The notes beneath the pieces were generated by a model that was given only the letters and a program-made list of their open reading frames with translations, had not been told where the DNA came from and ran no database searches. This document shows, piece after piece, positions 61,094-64,000 of a stretch of DNA of 64,000 bases. The position numbers were made by a program, and so were the translations under genes. The first letter of the stretch is position 1. Every line of letters begins with the position of its first letter. The DNA is from an uncultured Candidatus Saccharibacteria bacterium (GTDB lineage Bacteria; Patescibacteriota; Minisyncoccia; Minisyncoccales; Staskawiczbacteraceae), in contig CAYZAV010000001.1 in NCBI GenBank assembly GCA_964475855.1, forward strand, positions 143,014 through 207,013. Reading direction: 5' to 3'.

Positions 61094-62629
61094 ATGGACA
61101 ATAGTATATTAATTTTGGTGCTCTCAGTGAGCGCATCATTGCTTGGAGGTTCGTTTTTTGGCTATTACATCAGGCAGGTGCTTGCCCGTCAGCGGGCCGG
61201 ATCATTGGAGGCCAAGATGCTAAAAAGGGTGCAGCAGGTGAAAGAGGAGACTGCGGCATTGGTAAAAACAGCTGAAGCCAAAGCGTCTGAAGTCACAGAA
61301 AGAGTCCAAAAAGACATTGACCAGCGCAGGCGGGAGTTTTTGAAGGCCGAACAAGTGTTGCTGGACCGCGAAAAGTTGATGGATAATAAAATAGAAGTTT
61401 TCGACAAGAAGGAAAAGGAACTTGAGGATAAAGTTGTCAAAGTAAAAGGCGTCAAGGACGATCTTGAAAAATTACGCGAAGAAGCCGAAGTTAAGCTAGA
61501 AAAAGTGGCAAGCTTGACGCGCGAAGATGCCAAAAAAGAATTGCTGACTTCGGTTGAAGTGAGCAGTCAGAAAGAAATTTTAGAACGTATGCGCAAACTG
61601 GAAGAATCGGGTAAAGAAGCTTTGCAGATAAAAGCCCGGGAAATTGTAACCCTGGCTATTCAAAAGTGCGCTGTGGCACATACCCAGGAATTAAGCACCA
61701 CCAGCGTTATTTTACCGAGCGAAGACATTAAAGGCCGGATTATCGGCAAAGAAGGGCGCAATATTAAGACGTTTGAAAAAATGACAGGCGTTGAGCTGAT
61801 TTTGGATGAAACACCTGACTCTGTGGTTATCTCTTGCTTTAACCCTATCCGTCGCCAGATTGCCAAAATGGCACTTGATAAACTGATTGCCGACGGTCGC
61901 ATCCAGCCGGCAAAAATTGAAGAAAAAGTAGCCGAAGCAACCGCGGAAATTGGCGACATTGTTAAAAAGGCCGGTGAAAAAGCCATTTTTGACATGGCAT
62001 TGTTGGGCATTAATGATAAATTGATACAAATTTTGGGCCGGTTGCATTACCGCACCAGTTATGGCCAGAATGTGCTGCAGCATTCTATGGAAGTGGCGTT
62101 GATTGCCGAAACTATTGCTGACGAACTGGGCGCTAACAGCCAGGTGGCCAAGCGTGGAGGATTGTTCCACGACATTGGAAAGGCACTGGACCAGCAAATC
62201 CAGGGTAGCCACATTGAAATCGGGATCAAGATTTTGGAAAAGTATGGCGAAAGCGAAGCAGTGGTGCATTCCATGCGATCCCATCATGGCGACTATCCAC
62301 ATGACAGCATTGAAGCCGTTATTGTTACCGTGGCTGATAGCATTTCAGCTTCACGGCCAGGTGCACGTAAAGACAGTATTGAAAATTATTTACAACGCTT
62401 GAAGGCATTGGAAGATATTGCCAACCGTTTTGACGGCGTTGAAAAAACCTACGCTATTCAGGCAGGGCGTGAAATCCGCGTGTTTGTTAAATCTGATAAG
62501 GTAGACGACTTAGCCTCACAGAAAATGGCCAAACAAATCGCCCAAAATATTGAAGAAGAATTAAAGTATCCGGGTGAAATCAAGGTTACGGTTATCCGGG
62601 AAAATCGGGTAGTGGAGTACGCTAGATAG
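61094..62629 (+). CDS. rny: Ribonuclease Y
   Basis: N-terminal TM segment, coiled coil, KH (GRIIGKEGRNI) and HD (LFHDIGKA). Confidence 0.9.
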   Translation: MDNSILILVLSVSASLLGGSFFGYYIRQVLARQRAGSLEAKMLKRVQQVKEETAALVKTAEAKASEVTERVQKDIDQRRREFLKAEQVLLDREKLMDNKIEVFDKKEKELEDKVVKVKGVKDDLEKLREEAEVKLEKVASLTREDAKKELLTSVEVSSQKEILERMRKLEESGKEALQIKAREIVTLAIQKCAVAHTQELSTTSVILPSEDIKGRIIGKEGRNIKTFEKMTGVELILDETPDSVVISCFNPIRRQIAKMALDKLIADGRIQPAKIEEKVAEATAEIGDIVKKAGEKAIFDMALLGINDKLIQILGRLHYRTSYGQNVLQHSMEVALIAETIADELGANSQVAKRGGLFHDIGKALDQQIQGSHIEIGIKILEKYGESEAVVHSMRSHHGDYPHDSIEAVIVTVADSISASRPGARKDSIENYLQRLKALEDIANRFDGVEKTYAIQAGREIRVFVKSDKVDDLASQKMAKQIAQNIEEELKYPGEIKVTVIRENRVVEYAR

Positions 62630-62650
62630 TTATCTTTATTCTAAAAGCAT

Positions 62651-62679
62651 AAGCCGGTAGATGTTTCTACTGGCTTTTT
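62651..62679 (+). terminator. Rho-independent terminator after rny
   Basis: AGCCGGTAG-ATGTTT-CTACTGGCT followed by TTTT. Confidence 0.7.
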
Positions 62680-62693
62680 GTTAATAGTCCTTA

Positions 62694-63209
62694 TTAATTC
62701 ACCAACGAGTCAACAATTTTTTTGATCGTGGCGGCATCTCGGTTGCTAATGTTTGCCGGCACTTCCAGTATGGCTATTTGCCCGTCCCCTAGTGCTATGT
62801 GTAGCTTATGCACACCCCTGTGAGTTGGAAAAGATATGTTGTGGATAGATGTATCTTTTTTATCATCTTTAATATTTTTAACCGTATATTTGCGTTCTTT
62901 TGCTTCCCAATTGACAATGGCATCGGGTTTTGCCCCATATCTTTTATAATCCCGGATAACACTTAACAGACGTCCTTTGTAGGTGTTAAGTGACTGGATA
63001 CTGTAACTTTCTTTATATTTACTGATGAGGCCGAGGTAAATTTCCCCCATCCGCTGCTGGATCAGGTCCAATGATTCCCGTTCGTCTTCAGTTAGTATGC
63101 TGTCAAATAATTTCAACGCCGCCCGCCTGCCGTGCGCCGTATTAGCTGGATATTTCCGGTTTTTTTCGGCCAGATCTATGAAATCATATAAGGTATTGAA
63201 TTCGTTCAT
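62694..63209 (-). CDS. Hypothetical protein (171 aa)
   Basis: No family recognised. Its own TATAAT (reverse complement of 63231-63236) lies upstream. Confidence 0.5.
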   Translation of the reverse strand: MNEFNTLYDFIDLAEKNRKYPANTAHGRRAALKLFDSILTEDERESLDLIQQRMGEIYLGLISKYKESYSIQSLNTYKGRLLSVIRDYKRYGAKPDAIVNWEAKERKYTVKNIKDDKKDTSIHNISFPTHRGVHKLHIALGDGQIAILEVPANISNRDAATIKKIVDSLVN

Positions 63210-63239
63210 GATGGTTATCTTTATACTATCTATTATACC

Positions 63240-63270
63240 AAAAACCAGCTATCTTTTCAAAGATAGCTGG
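63240..63270 (-). terminator. Rho-independent terminator after the PAS gene
   Basis: Perfect 11-bp stem CCAGCTATCTT / AAGATAGCTGG followed by T5 on the minus strand. Confidence 0.75.
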
Positions 63271-63289
63271 CAGAACATAATTCAATAAA

Positions 63290-63844
63290 TTACTTCTTTT
63301 TCAATTCCTCAAGTTCTTTTGTCAGCGCCAGCATACTGTCTTCTAGTATGTCGGTGCGTTCGGTTATCCGTATCTCAAATTGGTTGGTATGGTCAGCCAA
63401 CCTTTTGGCAATATCCATCATTTCTGTGACATCTTCTATGGCAAGCAGGATAATGGGTGGAAATACTTCAGAGGTGGTATTTTCTTTATAAATCCGACGG
63501 GCATTTAAGATCATTACTTTCCGCCCGATTAACGGGAACTCATGGATAACTTCAAACCCTTTAAAAAACGTATTTTTTGGCAGGATATCTTCAAGTAGCC
63601 TACGCAACGCCGGAATATCCCACTGGCCATTACCCAGTTCATAGACAATCTTTTTTTCGGTGTCTTTTTCCTCAACTTGGAATGTTTGGTAAAAAGACTC
63701 GTTGGCTGCCATAATGCGAAGGTCTTTATCAAGAATTAAAAAAGGCTCTCGCATGACATCAACCACTGTTTTTATATACGTCCAGCTTTCTTGCCAGATT
63801 TGTTCTGTAAATTCACTGCCCCGAATATGTGTTTTGTTGTTCAT
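63290..63844 (-). CDS. Stand-alone PAS-domain protein with a C-terminal coiled coil
   Basis: FLILDKDLRIMAANESFYQTF...YELGNGQWDIPALRRLLE...MILNARRI resembles the PAS domains of CheR-associated sensors. Confidence 0.6.
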   Translation of the reverse strand: MNNKTHIRGSEFTEQIWQESWTYIKTVVDVMREPFLILDKDLRIMAANESFYQTFQVEEKDTEKKIVYELGNGQWDIPALRRLLEDILPKNTFFKGFEVIHEFPLIGRKVMILNARRIYKENTTSEVFPPIILLAIEDVTEMMDIAKRLADHTNQFEIRITERTDILEDSMLALTKELEELKKK

Positions 63845-63850
63845 ATAAAA

Positions 63851-63943
63851 TTAAGCCGTAAAATGGTAAATATTATTACAGGTGTCATGTAGAGGACTTC
63901 TATCATATAACATTGTAATATCCTATGACTATTTACGGCTTAA
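63851..63943. promoter_or_regulatory. Inverted repeat ATTAAGCCGTAAA / TTTACGGCTTAAT in a divergent promoter region
   Basis: The core 63851-63862 is the reverse complement of 63932-63943. Confidence 0.4.
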
Positions 63944-63947
63944 TATT

Positions 63948-64000
63948 ATGACGAGTCTAAAACGCCTGGAAAAGCTTCAGGCGCTATTGACCGGTGCACA
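63948..64000 (+). CDS. Start of an ORF running off the right edge
   Basis: ATG at 63948, MTSLKRLEKLQALLTGA...; only 17 codons are visible. Confidence 0.3.
   Translation, partial: MTSLKRLEKLQALLTGA

Overview
This 64-kb window reads as the replication-origin neighbourhood of a small-genome bacterium, probably CPR/Patescibacteria-like. That placement is an inference from gene content: GxxExxY and four-helix-bundle genes, a lamin-tail-domain protein, T4SS-pilin-like proteins, a stand-alone 5'-3' exonuclease and a truncated pyruvate kinase. The genetic code is standard; TGA is used as a stop (rsmA).

Core genes:
- rpmH-rnpA-yidC-jag lies divergent from dnaA-dnaN, with DnaA-box clusters on both sides of dnaA (candidate bipartite oriC).
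- Other housekeeping genes are rpsT, holA, mutM, tsaE, a PilB/GspE-type ATPase, ruvB, pyk, yebC, ruvC, a class A PBP, rsmA, a YifB-type ATPase, pnp, rpsO, cca, yraN, nusA, hppA, tig, clpP and rny.
- There are two CCA-less tRNAs, Lys-CUU and Arg-UCG.

Accessory content:
1. An 8.5-kb minus-strand type IV secretion-like operon (24837-33290). It encodes a VirB6/TrbL-like protein, a PrgI/VirB3-like protein, a VirB4 N-domain paralog, VirB4, and a pilin-like domain fused to a 400-aa Cys-containing domain. No relaxase, coupling protein or peptidoglycan hydrolase is present in it.
2. A family of inverted-repeat (IR)-bounded cassettes carrying four-helix-bundle (23S IVS protein family) or GxxExxY (PD-(D/E)XK-fold) genes, wedged exactly between housekeeping genes. 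One has perfect 41-bp arms. The window also holds a decayed copy, cargo-less hairpin copies, and in-frame single-arm remnants inside rsmA, mutM and cca.
3. A csoR-HMA-cupredoxin-copA copper island bracketed by an intact yraN and a decayed yraN copy.
4. A G+C-richer ABC transporter with a non-canonical P-loop.
5. A 1219-codon or longer acidic ORF, running off the left edge, that the ORF track omits.

Corrections to the ORF track:
- Added: rpmH, a 41-aa ORF translationally coupled to rsmA, and the giant ORF.
- Starts moved for rpsT, mutM, ruvB, dnaN, the ABC gene and several small genes.

No rRNA, CRISPR array, transposase, integrase or reverse transcriptase was recognised.
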